Part shown: positions 49,973 through 63,004 of the stretch, in pieces
How positions within the stretch are numbered: position 1 is the first letter of the stretch
Layout of the letters: every line of letters begins with the position of its first letter
Assembly: GCA_963794325.1 (NCBI GenBank)
Contig: CAWCDG010000003.1
Span: 64,001-128,000 of the forward strand
Direction of reading: 5' to 3'
DNA from: an uncultured delta proteobacterium
GTDB taxonomy: Bacteria > Desulfobacterota > Binatia > Binatales > Binataceae
DNA: 64,000 nt
Notes under the pieces: generated by a model
Databases searched by the model: none
Told to the model about the DNA's origin: nothing
Seen by the model: only the letters and a program-made list of their open reading frames with translations
Position numbers and translations under genes: made by a program

Positions 49973-51220
49973 CTACTTCGCGCGGTCGCGGAGTTGGCGG
50001 GCGGCGCCGGCGAAGAAGTTGCGCGCGATGAAGGATCGCTCGACGGACGCCATCGCTTCCAGGATTTCTGCGTTCAGTTTGATTGCTTCATAGTCGGATG
50101 GATTCGCGTTCAGCGCAATCTCGGCCAAGGCCAGCGCGCGCTTGAGGTCGGTCGCATCCTTGAGGGCGCGCGCTTTTGCGAGGATCGCGTCGCGGCCGAT
50201 TAGCGCCAGGATGTCGGCTCCGCGTTCTTTGCGCGTCGCCGGGAACATTTGCGACGGCTCGCCCGACCACCATCCCGCATAGCGCCGGATAACGTCGCGC
50301 ACCACGAACGGGACGCATCCATAGATCGGTTGCAGATACGGTTTCGCCGCGAGGTCGGCCGGAATCGAAATGTCCGCCTCGACGATATCCACTGGCCACT
50401 CGCCGGCATTGAGCCGCCGCACGACTTCATCGTGGATGAGGCGCAGCGCGCGCGCCGTCTCGCTCAACACTTCGTTGCAAAGTTCCTCGCCGCGATACGC
50501 GGGTCCGTGGCCCGGCAGAAGGTATCGCGGGGCGCATTTCGCGATCGCCTCGAGGGTCTCCGCCCATTCGAGCGTGTAACGCTGCACCTTGTTGGGATTG
50601 CCGGTGTTCGGCATCGACGACACGATCAAATCGCCGACCATCGCGAGCCGCCGCGTCGGCATCCAGACCCAGGTCGCGTCGTCCGTCTCGCCCATCGCGT
50701 GATGCATCTCGACCGGTTCGCCGACCAGATCGAGAAATTGTTGATCGCGATAAACCAGGTCGGGGTAGCTGAACGACTTGGGCTCGAAGAGGGCGTCGGT
50801 CGCGAACGCGCCACCGAACTGGAGGCGATTGATATGCGACTGCCATCCGCGGGTGAGTGCGTAGCGTTTGAAGCGGCCGGCGACGTCCTCGTGCGCCCAG
50901 ATTTTCGGCCGCGCATGCCCGCGGGTGAGCGCGTCGGTGATGAAGGCCTCGGTGCCGAAGGCGTGATCGCCGTGGCCGTGAGTATAGATGAGGAACGCGA
51001 ACGGCTCCTCAGTGACCTCGCGAATCGCGCGCACCGCCATCGCGCCCATCTGGCGTGAGCTGGTATCGACGACGATCATCTCGCCGCGTCCGTAGGCGAA
51101 TGCGACGTTGGCAAAGCCGTGAAACATCGCGATTCCCGGCTCGAGCACTTCGAGCTGTCCCATCATCGGGTCGAAGCCGGGGAGGGTGTTCGATTGTTTT
51201 GGATTGGGCGTGGAACTCAT
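49973..51220 (-). CDS. Alkyl-sulfatase-like MBL hydrolase with dimerisation domain
   Basis: YTHGHGDH, GETDD, PNTGNPNKVQRY, LPGHG and YAGWW. Confidence 0.85.
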   Translation of the reverse strand: MSSTPNPKQSNTLPGFDPMMGQLEVLEPGIAMFHGFANVAFAYGRGEMIVVDTSSRQMGAMAVRAIREVTEEPFAFLIYTHGHGDHAFGTEAFITDALTRGHARPKIWAHEDVAGRFKRYALTRGWQSHINRLQFGGAFATDALFEPKSFSYPDLVYRDQQFLDLVGEPVEMHHAMGETDDATWVWMPTRRLAMVGDLIVSSMPNTGNPNKVQRYTLEWAETLEAIAKCAPRYLLPGHGPAYRGEELCNEVLSETARALRLIHDEVVRRLNAGEWPVDIVEADISIPADLAAKPYLQPIYGCVPFVVRDVIRRYAGWWSGEPSQMFPATRKERGADILALIGRDAILAKARALKDATDLKRALALAEIALNANPSDYEAIKLNAEILEAMASVERSFIARNFFAGAARQLRDRAK

Positions 51221-51379
51221 CGTCTGTCTTTATCCGGGTGGTGTCCTGGTTTCAAATCGCTTGAAGAACAGAGCCCTAACCCCTGGCCCCTTCACCAGGA
51301 TGGGGAAGGGGATTTGGAAGCCCCGATTCCGCCATGTCCTATCCCCCTTGCCCCCTTTCCAGGGGGGATTATGTTGGGC

Positions 51380-51408
51380 TTGACACTCGCACCTGAAATG
51401 CGTATATT
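51380..51408 (+). promoter_or_regulatory. Sigma70-type promoter in the left IS end (probably leaderless transcript)
   Basis: TTGACA-17 bp-TATATT, 6 bp before the transposase ATG. Confidence 0.7.
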
Positions 51409-51414
51409 AGGCGC

Positions 51415-52343
51415 ATGAACAAGAAAGTTGAAGCTGGCAAGCCGCTTTGCACTCAGCCCAATATTACACTCGCTCAATTGATGAAGCAGTTCAGCGATGA
51501 GACCGCGTGCAAAACCCTGTTGCGCGATATGCGCTGGCCGGATGGCGTCGAATGCCCGCGCTGTAAGAGCAAGAAGGTGTACGCTCTCGCATCCAAGCCG
51601 TGGCATTGGGTCTGCAAGAACAAAGATTGCGGCGGACGCAACGGCTATCGCTTCAGCGTCATCACCAAAACCATCTTCGAGAATACGAACTATCCGCTCT
51701 CGACTTGGTTTCAGGTGATCTACCTGATGACTCAGAGCAAGAAAGGAATCAGCGCACTGCAAATCCATCGACAGATTGGATCGGGCGATTACCGCACAGC
51801 GTGGTATATGGTCATGCGCATTCGTGCTGCGATGAAAGATGACGGACTGGCAAAGTTGCTCGGCACCGTTGAGGTTGACGAAACTTACATCGGCGGCAAA
51901 GAGAAGAATCGCCACTTCGGACAAGAAGCAGGGCGGACGCGGCACGACTGGAAAGATTCCCGTCATCGGCGCGATCTCGCGTAAGGGTAACGTCGTCTGC
52001 AAGATGATCGAAAACACCGATACGGAAACGCTCACTCGATTCGTGCGCGATACCGTCAGTGATAAGGTGAAGCTGGTCGCGACCGATGAGCACGCGGGCT
52101 ATCGCTACCTGAAATGGGCGATGCCGCATGAAGTCGATCAAGCACAGCGAGAATGAATACGTGCGCGGCGAGGTCCATACCAACAGCGTCGAATCGTTCT
52201 GGTCGCTGCTCAAGCGCGGAGTGCTCGGCACGTACCATAACGTGAGCAAAAAGTATTTGCCGCTCTATCTCGCGGAGTTTCAGTATCGCTTCAACAATCG
52301 CGACAACAAGAATATTTTCTTCGACGTGATAGCAGGATGCTGA
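51415..52343 (+). CDS. IS1595 transposase (frameshifted)
   Basis: RWPDG..CPRC zinc ribbon, VEVDETYIGG, TDE..GY, HTNSVESFW and YLAEFQYRFN spread across frames. Confidence 0.9.
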
Positions 52344-52455
52344 GGTCAGCCCACTGGCGGAAGCCTCAGCCAGACAAGGCCAGTCACCTGATTGTGGACA
52401 GGGGCGGACAATTCCGATTGCCCTTTGGTAGGGTATTACGTAAAAAACATCAGCC

Positions 52456-52713
52456 ATGAAAAAACCCACCGAATCAGTAGTCAGACTCATCCCTTCGGGG
52501 AAAAAGTTGAATGACGTTATTGAAAACTTGGAACTAGTGGCGTCGCTTTCCATGGCTACTCTTGGTGCGATGATCCATGACCGGCCTGAGTTCAAGGACA
52601 CCGTATTGGAGTATCTCACTCAGCTTTCGAGACTCCCCAGACTCACCAAGCATCAACAACAAATAGTGCGGGACTCGATCATGCTTGTTAGAAGATTTCC
52701 GACGAATGTCTGA
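52456..52713 (+). CDS. Hypothetical IS passenger protein
   Basis: 85-aa ORF inside the TIRs. Confidence 0.5.
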   Translation: MKKPTESVVRLIPSGKKLNDVIENLELVASLSMATLGAMIHDRPEFKDTVLEYLTQLSRLPRLTKHQQQIVRDSIMLVRRFPTNV

Positions 52714-52894
52714 AGGCAAAATGAACTTCGACATCCAAGCAATTCGTTCATTAGGTGATTTCATAAAATGCCAAAAGCAAAACCTATTTCACTCCATCCG
52801 TTAACTTTCCATGAAGCACTCAAGCACCTGGTTCGCGTTGATCCTGATAGCGTCGGCATTACTTCCAAACGCAGAAAGCGGAAAATAAAGAAAT

Positions 52895-53612
52895 TCAGGT
52901 CGAAGGCTCAGTAATCCAATTGCAGTGTTTTAGTCTAATAAACTGAGTATTTACTTCCATGATTTGTCCGATAGCTTGAATCTTCGTTCCTCGGTCCAGT
53001 AGTTCAATTCGTTCGGTCCACGTTAAATCGCAGTCCAATGCGATCTGGATGAGTTCGTCAACGAAGAATCGTATGGTCCAGAACTCAGGATATTGATTAA
53101 TTTCGTAAACAGAACCGCTAACGCGGTACCATTTTCCTATGTAGCGCTGAACTGACTTCTGAGCCTGCATTGAGACTTGATTTCTGAATGGCTCGACTAG
53201 TTGACGTGGTGTGAGGTCAATGAAAATGCGTTCCTCGGATTCTGGCAACTGTTGAGCATTCGCAATTACAGCAGGTAATTCCGGCACTGGATTAACAACT
53301 TGTAGCGGTCGCGTCTCTTGAACTCTGGTAGCCGACGTGGCGCGCGTTTTATGACGACGATTGTCGATCCACAAATAACCGCCAGCAAGAAATACCGTGA
53401 CGGAACTCCCCAATGGAGAAAACAAAAACCCGACAATCGTTTCGAGGCCGGATGCGAAGAAATGACTAATGCTCGCGGAATGCTTCGCGATGGCCTTCGC
53501 AGTTTCTGCGTCGCCTATTATCTCGAACACGACGCGCACCACCCAAAAGACGGTTCCCAATAATCCGAGGGTAAGGAAACCCTCAGCGGTTGTTTTACGA
53601 GAGATCGGCATA
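52895..53612 (-). CDS. IS passenger: membrane protein with C-terminal OB-fold-like domain
   Basis: Two TM segments, YIGKWYRVSGSVYEI..GTKIQAIGQI; AT-rich. Confidence 0.6.
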
Positions 53613-53918
53613 TTTCTCCCCTCTTCAGGCATGGATTTGCCCACGCATTGAAGCGGAGATCAAACTGCGGTATCTGCCGCTCAGGACTGGACATCGCCTT
53701 GCCCATTTTGTAAGCAAGGGGATGCGGGTGTCAAGTTAGACATAATCCCCTTTCCAGCGGGGAAAGGGGGAACAGAGCAGAAATTCGCGGGAGTGTGATC
53801 ACGGCCTGTCGCCCTCACCCCCTTTCCGGCGGGAAAGGGGGAACAGAAGGGGAGAGGGCGGGCACGGCGGCCCGCCCACTGACACCAACGGATCTATCGT
53901 TTAGACTTGCCAGTTGAA

Positions 53919-56117
<2,199 letters not shown>

Positions 56118-56498
56118 CGCGCGGTGTCAACGGAAAAGAAAGTCAGACGCCTGCGCGGCGGGCGGCATCGACACCGTCGCGGGGGGGTGACCCCTGCACC
56201 CAGTGTTAAGAAAAGAAAATCGCAAAATCGCGAGGACGCGCTTTTGCTCTCGGGTTCAAGGGGAAGGAGACCGCGAGGCGAGGCAGGTGGACGACAGCGC
56301 GCAATGTCAGCCCCGAATACAAAGTCGGGCTATGCGGTTCCGCGATGCCCGACGACGAACACGTGCCTTCTGACCCCCCTTTGAGGTTGCCCGCCCTTGG
56401 TGTAAAGAATTCGTCAGCGCGTGATCACCTACCGCGCGGGTAGCGTGGGATCGAAACAGGCGGACGGCCGCCTCAACCCGGTTGAGAGGGAGAACACG

Positions 56499-56810
56499 AT
56501 GCGGACGCGAAAAGTCTCGAAAATTGGTGAACGTGGGCTGCGAATCATTTCCGCAGCGGCTATGGCGGTATCGCTTGGGATGCTGACGCTCGGCGGATGT
56601 TCGTCGCAGAGTGCTGATCAGCCAACCGAAAAGCCGATCGCCGCAAATTTCGCGCTCGAAAAATGCGAGCAGATCCAACCGAACCTTTACAAGTGCCCGG
56701 CCATCGATCAGCCGCTCTGCACGCCTCAATTCAATCGCACCGACATCAATTGCGTGCGCATCGGACCCAAGGGCGGCGTGTTCGTCCAGCGCGGCGGCAT
56801 AACGCCGTAA
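56499..56810 (+). CDS. Small Cys-rich lipoprotein
   Basis: LGGC lipobox and four further Cys. Confidence 0.65.
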   Translation: MRTRKVSKIGERGLRIISAAAMAVSLGMLTLGGCSSQSADQPTEKPIAANFALEKCEQIQPNLYKCPAIDQPLCTPQFNRTDINCVRIGPKGGVFVQRGGITP

Positions 56811-56917
56811 GCGGATTCCTGCATTTTGCACTCCCGCCTGAGCTTCGACGCTTGGGCGGGAGTTCCAGTTCCCCGGCGTTTGCGCGTCGTGCGCTCATCT
56901 GACAATTTTTAGACAAG

Positions 56918-57106
56918 ATGCAGTGTCCCATCTGCAAAAAGCCGGCTGATCTGTCGCAACGAAATCGCTTCCGTCCGTTTTGTTCCGAGCGATGCCAGAT
57001 GATCGATCTCGGCACCTGGGTGTCCGGCGATTACGAGGCGAATGAATCGAAGCCCGCCGATCACGAGCATCCCGACGATCTGAAAAAACGCAGGCTCCTC
57101 AATTGA
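56918..57106 (+). CDS. yacG: DNA gyrase inhibitor YacG
   Basis: CPIC..RPFCSERC..DLG.W. Confidence 0.9.
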   Translation: MQCPICKKPADLSQRNRFRPFCSERCQMIDLGTWVSGDYEANESKPADHEHPDDLKKRRLLN

Positions 57107-57924
57107 GCGAGGCGACGCCGCGGATCCATCCGACGTCGGTGGTTGGTCCCGGCGTAGAGTTGGCGGCCGGCGTCGAAGTCGGCCCGCTATGTCTGATCGA
57201 CGGGAAAATCCGCATCGGTGCGCGCACCCGGCTGATAGGCCACGTCACGATTCTCGGAATCACGGAACTCGGCGCCGACAACGTGCTGCATCCGGGCGCG
57301 GTGATCGGCGACGAGCCGCAAGATCTGACGTACACGGGCGTCGCGCGATCGGTGAAAATCGGCGATCGCAACGTCTTCCGCGAATACACCACCGTTCATC
57401 GCGGATGCGAGCATGGCGACGTCACCCTGATGGGCGACGACAACTTCATGATGCAGAATGCACACGTCGCGCACGATTGTCGCATCGGCAACTCGACGAT
57501 TATCGCGGGCGGCGCGTTGCTCGCAGGATGGGTCGAGCTGGGCGACCGCGCGCTGGTCTCGGGCAACTGCGTCGTGCATCAGTACACGCGCATCGGACGG
57601 CTCGCGATGATGCGCGGGCTGTCGCGCACCAGCCGCGACGTCCCGCCATTCTGCATCATGGACGGCACCCACACGCTGCGCGGAATAAATGTGGTAGGCC
57701 TCAAACGCGCCGGCATCCCGTCGAAATCGATTCACGCCCTGCGGCATGCGTTCACGGACCTGTTCGGCGCCCGTCAAAATCTAAAACTGGCAATCGAGCG
57801 CCTGGAGAAATCCGGCGACGCGACTGCTGAAGTGTCAGAGATGATAAATTTCATCAAAGCCTCGAAACGTGGCGTCGCCTTCGGCCCGCACGACCGGCAA
57901 TCTTCCGACGATTCCGAATCCTGA
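57103..57924 (+). CDS. lpxA: UDP-N-acetylglucosamine O-acyltransferase
   Basis: IHPTSVV, hexapeptide repeats, PQDL, HVAHDC and G.N.VGLKR. Confidence 0.92.
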   Translation: MSEATPRIHPTSVVGPGVELAAGVEVGPLCLIDGKIRIGARTRLIGHVTILGITELGADNVLHPGAVIGDEPQDLTYTGVARSVKIGDRNVFREYTTVHRGCEHGDVTLMGDDNFMMQNAHVAHDCRIGNSTIIAGGALLAGWVELGDRALVSGNCVVHQYTRIGRLAMMRGLSRTSRDVPPFCIMDGTHTLRGINVVGLKRAGIPSKSIHALRHAFTDLFGARQNLKLAIERLEKSGDATAEVSEMINFIKASKRGVAFGPHDRQSSDDSES

Positions 57925-58030
57925 ATCATGAACCAGAAAATCACAGGCTAAAGCCTGTGCCACTAAAATCATACAATCGCGTTCTTCACCGATTGCCCTG
58001 ACGGCCAACCCCTGAAACAATTACAACGCG

Positions 58031-58477
58031 ATGCGCATTCGTCCTCGATTCTTCATTGGCGTAGGTTTGATCGCTGTCGCGATCGGCTACCTTATATTCA
58101 GCTCGATTCGCACCACGTCCGAATACTACCTTACCGTTCCCGAAGTGGCCGCGCGGCAAAGCGAGCTGGGCGGACAGGCGATTCGCGTCGCCGGCCGCGT
58201 CAAGCCGGGCAACATCGGATGGGACCCGAACACGCTCACCCTCAGATTCGCAATCGGACCGCTTCCCGAGGTTGGTGCGGACGGCGAGCCGGTCAAACCG
58301 GTTTCTTCTGTTGTAGCTTCCGATCCCGTCTCGTTTCGCGTCGTAGCTGCCGGTGAGCCCAAGCCCGACATGTTCGCGCCCGGCCGCGACGTTATCGTCG
58401 AGGGAAAGATCGGGCCGGACGGCACGATTGCGGCGACCCAGGTCATGACGAGTTGCCCTTCCAAGTACAAGCCCTAA
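58031..58477 (+). CDS. ccmE: Cytochrome c maturation heme chaperone (CxxxY type)
   Basis: PDMF..GRDVIVEG and CPSKY. Confidence 0.9.
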   Translation: MRIRPRFFIGVGLIAVAIGYLIFSSIRTTSEYYLTVPEVAARQSELGGQAIRVAGRVKPGNIGWDPNTLTLRFAIGPLPEVGADGEPVKPVSSVVASDPVSFRVVAAGEPKPDMFAPGRDVIVEGKIGPDGTIAATQVMTSCPSKYKP

Positions 58478-58505
58478 GCAAGCACAATAGCAGCGGGTTT
58501 TTCTG

Positions 58506-60530
58506 ATGCCCCAACTTGGCAACCTCGCGCTTGCGATCGCACTGATTCTCGCCGTTTATTCGATCGTCGCGAATATTTACGGCGCGCGCCGAAATGCGTC
58601 CGATTTCATCGTCAGCGCGCGCCATGCGTTGTGGGCGATGTGCGCGATGGTCACGATTGCGGTCGTGGTGTTGTGGATCTCGCTGCTGCGCAGCGATTTC
58701 TCGCTCGAATACGTCGCCGCATACTCGAGCACCACGCTGCCGACCGTTTACAAATTCACCTCGCTATGGGGCGGGCAGCAGGGATCGCTTTTGTTCTGGA
58801 CGTGGCTGCTGTCTATTTTCACGTCGATCGCCGCGTTCCAGAATCGCCGCCGCAATCCCGAGATCGCGCCGTACGCGCTCGCCGTGCTGGCCGGCGTCGC
58901 AATCTTTTTTCTGTTGATGCTGAATTTCGTCACTCGTCCATTCGACTTGCTTGCGGCGGTCCCCGCCGAAGGGTCCGACCTGAATCCGCTGCTGCAAAAT
59001 TATTGGATGGCGATACATCCGCCGAGTCTCTACACCGGCTACGTCAGCGCGACGGTGCCGTTCGCGTTCGGCGCCGCCGCTCTGATCACAGGCAAGCTCG
59101 ACGACGGATGGATTCGATCGACGCGGCGCTGGGCGATTTTCTCGTGGTTCTTTCTCACGCTCGGCAATATGTTCGGCGCGCGATGGGCCTACGAAGTTCT
59201 CGGCTGGGGCGGATACTGGGCTTGGGATCCGGTGGAGAACGCGGCCTTCATGCCGTGGCTGGTGATGACGGCGTACCTGCATTCGGTGATGATCCAGGAA
59301 CGCAAGGACATGCTGAAAGTCTGGAACCTGTCGCTGATCGGGCTCGCATTCGGACTGACGCTGTTCGGCACCTTCATCACGCGCAGCGGCGTCATCTCGT
59401 CGGTGCATTCGTTCACGCAGTCCGGCCTCGGACCATACTTTTTGAGCTTCCTGATAACGGTGACGCTTGGCTACACGGCCCTTCTGATCTTCCGATCGAA
59501 GCAACTGCGCAGTCCCGCCGAATTCGAATCGTATCTGTCGCGCGAGGCGGCGTTCCTGTTCAACAACCTGATGCTGGTGGGGATCGCGTTCGCGGTTTTC
59601 TGGGGCACGATCTTTCCAGTGCTGTCGGAAGCGGTGCGCGGCGTGAAGATTACCGTCGGCCCGCCGTTCTTCAATCGCGTCAACGGGCCGCTCGCGCTCG
59701 GCCTCGTGTTCCTGATGGGAATCGGGCCGCTGATCGCGTGGCGGCGGACGACGGCTGACAATCTGGTCCGCAGTTTCGCCGCGCCGGTCATCATCGGCGT
59801 CGCAACCGGAATCGTCGCCGCCGCTGCGGGCATCCGCCAATGGTACGTGCTGACCGCGTTCTCGTTAGCGGCGTTCGTACTCGGCACCGTGCTGGTCGAA
59901 TTTCGCCGCGGGATGAACGCGCGGCGCCACATGGTTTCCGAACCGCGCGCAAAGGCTCTGGTCAATCTCGTCGCCAAGAACAACCGCCGCTACGGCGGCT
60001 ATATCATCCACATCGGCACGATCGTCGCGTTCGTCGGAATCGTCGGGTCTTCGTTCTTCCGTACCGAAGTGAAAAAGAGCGTGCACGTAGGCGACAGCTT
60101 CACGATCGGTTCGTACACGCTGCGCTTCCAGGGTCTGGATGAAAGCGATACGCCTCATCTCGAGGCGGCGACCGCGCGGGTCCAGGTGCTTAGCTCCGAC
60201 GGCCGCGAGATCACCGTGATGTCGCCGGCGAAGCTGTTCTTCAAACGCGCGCAGCAGCCGGCAACGAAGGTCGCAATCCGCTCGACTCCCGCGAGCGACC
60301 TCTACGTCGTGCTCGCCGGAATCGACGACAGCGGCAATACCGCAACCTTCGAAGTGTTCCTGACGCCGCTGGTCTTCTGGCTATGGGGGGGCGGCCTCAT
60401 GATGGTCTTTGGGACTGTGATCGTGATGTGGCCGAACGTGCGCGAACGTGCCGCGATCGCCACCGCGCTCAGCCGCTCGACTACCGAAGAGCGCGAACTT
60501 GCCGACATCGGCGCTCCCGGAGGCGACTGA
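58506..60530 (+). CDS. ccmF: Heme lyase
   Basis: WGGYWAWDPVEN, IHPP and SVHSF. Confidence 0.95.
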   Translation: MPQLGNLALAIALILAVYSIVANIYGARRNASDFIVSARHALWAMCAMVTIAVVVLWISLLRSDFSLEYVAAYSSTTLPTVYKFTSLWGGQQGSLLFWTWLLSIFTSIAAFQNRRRNPEIAPYALAVLAGVAIFFLLMLNFVTRPFDLLAAVPAEGSDLNPLLQNYWMAIHPPSLYTGYVSATVPFAFGAAALITGKLDDGWIRSTRRWAIFSWFFLTLGNMFGARWAYEVLGWGGYWAWDPVENAAFMPWLVMTAYLHSVMIQERKDMLKVWNLSLIGLAFGLTLFGTFITRSGVISSVHSFTQSGLGPYFLSFLITVTLGYTALLIFRSKQLRSPAEFESYLSREAAFLFNNLMLVGIAFAVFWGTIFPVLSEAVRGVKITVGPPFFNRVNGPLALGLVFLMGIGPLIAWRRTTADNLVRSFAAPVIIGVATGIVAAAAGIRQWYVLTAFSLAAFVLGTVLVEFRRGMNARRHMVSEPRAKALVNLVAKNNRRYGGYIIHIGTIVAFVGIVGSSFFRTEVKKSVHVGDSFTIGSYTLRFQGLDESDTPHLEAATARVQVLSSDGREITVMSPAKLFFKRAQQPATKVAIRSTPASDLYVVLAGIDDSGNTATFEVFLTPLVFWLWGGGLMMVFGTVIVMWPNVRERAAIATALSRSTTEERELADIGAPGGD

Positions 60531-60535
60531 ATCCG

Positions 60536-61028
60536 GTGCGCGCGAAACTCACGCTCGCATCGTCGTTCGTGTTCCTCGTCGTGGCGATATTGGTTTTTCG
60601 CTCGCCTCAACTAAAGGCCGATTCACCTCCGACGAATTCGCAGGTTTCCGAAGGTCTGACCTGCCAATGTGGATGCGGTCTGACGGTCGCCAACTGCAAC
60701 ATGCCGACCTGCGGCTTTTCAGTGCCGATGCGCCGCGAAATCGATCGCATGATTGGCGAAGGCAAGACTCGCGCGCAGATAATCGCCTTCTATCGTCATC
60801 AGTACGGCGAGAAAGTTCTGTCGGCACCGACCACCGAAGGGCTTCAACATCCTCGCGTGGACGATGCCCTTCATCGCGATCGCAGTCGGCGGCGGCGCTG
60901 ATGGTGCTGGCCGTTGGCCGATGGCATTCGTCGGCGCCTTCGAACTCGAAGGAGAGCGAAAAGCGCCGACGTCATTCGATCCGGAACTCAGACGCAAACT
61001 CGAAAAGGAACTCGAGGAGCGCAGGTAA
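60536..61028 (+). CDS. ccmH: CcmH/CycL (frameshifted)
   Basis: LTCQCGC and YGEKVLSAP; C-terminus in other frames. Confidence 0.8.
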
Positions 61029-61031
61029 CCG

Positions 61032-61589
61032 GTGTTCATCCTGGCCGCCGCGCTGATCGTCGCCGGAGTCGCGCTGTTCGTCGCGGCCCCGCTCGGCATC
61101 GGTCTGGTCGGCGCGCGCGCCAAGTCGGCGGGCGAGGAGCAAGTCGAGCGCCACGAGCACGAGCGCGCGCTGGCGGTGCAAGGTCTTCGCGAACTCGAAT
61201 TCGATCGCGAGATGGGCAAGCTGTCGGACGCCGACTACGAATCGATGCACAAGGCGCTCGAGGATCGAGCGCTCACCGCGATGACCGCGGTCGAGACAAT
61301 TCGCGACGCCGCCGACAAGGCCGCCAACGCGAAGAAACCAGCCGTCACTCCGCTGACCACTGCGATCCGCCGACCCGCACCAGCGCCGCGCCGCATCGAT
61401 CCAATACCGACTCTCGTCGTGCACAACGAACCGCCGCGCCCGCCGCAAGCATCGCTGTCAACGACCGGCTCGCGCAAGATCAGCTTCTGTCCGGAATGCG
61501 GAACGCGCGCCGCGGTCGATTCGAAGTTCTGCGCGCAATGCGGTATCGCGATCAAGCCGATGGGCGCCGCGATCGCCCGGTCCGAGTAA
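61032..61589 (+). CDS. CcmI-like membrane protein with C-terminal zinc ribbon
   Basis: LRELEFDREMGKLSDADY and FCPECG..FCAQCG. Confidence 0.75.
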   Translation: MFILAAALIVAGVALFVAAPLGIGLVGARAKSAGEEQVERHEHERALAVQGLRELEFDREMGKLSDADYESMHKALEDRALTAMTAVETIRDAADKAANAKKPAVTPLTTAIRRPAPAPRRIDPIPTLVVHNEPPRPPQASLSTTGSRKISFCPECGTRAAVDSKFCAQCGIAIKPMGAAIARSE

Positions 61590-62292
61590 TGGCGGCGCCG
61601 GTCGTCGAGATTCACAATCTCGCCAAGACTTACGGTCTGGCGCCGGTGCTGCGCGAAGTGCAATTCAGGCTGATGCCGGCCGCGGGTGCTTTCGTGGTTG
61701 GCGGCAACGGCGCGGGCAAATCCACGCTGCTGCGAATCCTCGCGGGACTCGAAGCGCCGAGCAGCGGCAATGCGATCTGGTCTTCGGGCAGGACACGCGC
61801 AAGCTCGCGGCGCGTTATCGGCGTCGGATCGGAATGATGGCGCATCAGAGTTTTCTCTACCCAAATCTGACCGCGTGCGAGAATCTGGAATTCTACGCCG
61901 AGCTGTATTCGATCGCGGATCCGCGTGCGTCTGCCGAGTCGTGGCTTGAGCGGGTTGGCCTGGCCGGCGTTGCCAACGCCCGCATGCGTACATTCTCGCG
62001 TGGGATGGAGCAGCGGCTGTCGCTGGCGCGCGCGATGATCGCCGAGCCGCTGTTGTTGCTGCTCGACGAGCCGTTTGCGTCGCTCGACCATGACGGCTCC
62101 GAGATCGTGGCGTCGCTGATTCGCGGGGCGATTGAACGGGGAGCCGCGGTTATCGCAACCGCGCATGCGGTCCCCGAAATCGAAGGCGTCGAGTTTGCGG
62201 TTTACGAAATCTCGCGCGGCCGGTTTGCATCGCACGTCCATAAAGAGGAGGTCCGGCGCGGCGGGCGAATCCGCTCGCTGCTCGGCAGATAG
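61589..62292 (+). CDS. ccmA: Heme exporter ATPase (frameshift near 61780)
   Basis: GGNGAGKSTL, FSRGMEQR and LLDEP. Confidence 0.85.
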
Positions 62293-62294
62293 AG

Positions 62295-62974
62295 GTGTCT
62301 GGATTTTCCGCGGTACTGCGCAAGGACCTGCGCCTCGAGCTTCGCAGCGGCGAAAGCACGCTGGCGCTGCTCGCGCTGTCGATGCTGGTGCTCGTGGTGC
62401 TGGTGTTTGCGCTCGATGCGGCGCGGGTGCGCAGCGTTGACGTCGCGGCGGGCGCGCTGTGGGTCGCGATGGTATTCGCGGGGATGCTGGGCGCGAATCG
62501 CGCGCTGCTCGCCGAGCGTGACAACAGCGCGATGCGCGGCCTCCTGCTGAGCCCGCTCGATCCCGGCACGCTCTACGCCGCCAAACTCGCGGCCGCGCTG
62601 ATCTTCATGGCAGTAGCGGAAGTTGGCGCGGTCATCCTGATGGTGCTGTTTTTCAATCTCGAGTTCGACGCGTCGATCTGCACGGATCGCGCCAATCCTG
62701 GCGCTCGGCGCGATTGGATTCTCGGCGCTGGCGACGTTGCTCTCCGCTATCACAGGACGCACTCGTGGCGGCGATATGTTATTGCCGATTCTCGCGGTGC
62801 CGATTTTCGTGCCGGCGCTGATTGCCGGCGTCAAGGCGAGCGCAGCGGCGCTGGCGGGCGCGCCGCTCGACTCGATGACTGAGTGGCTTGAAGATCATGG
62901 TTGCGTTCGACGTGCTGTTCGTCACCGCCGGTTACCTGTTGTTCGAGCACGTGGTTTCTTTCAGTGAAACCTGA
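62295..62974 (+). CDS. ccmB: Heme exporter permease (frameshifted)
   Basis: KDLRLELRS..GALWV..LLPILAVP across frames. Confidence 0.85.
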
Positions 62975-63004
62975 CTCCATGGAAGCGAGGTCGATCCGCA
63001 CAAC

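Larger units (their letters stand above)
51364..53750 (+). mobile_element. IS1595-family element carrying passenger genes
   Basis: TIRs GGGGATTATGTTGGGCTTGACACTCGCA / TGCGGGTGTCAAGTTAGACATAATCCCC. Flanking DR TTTCCAGG / TTTCCAGC. Confidence 0.9.
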
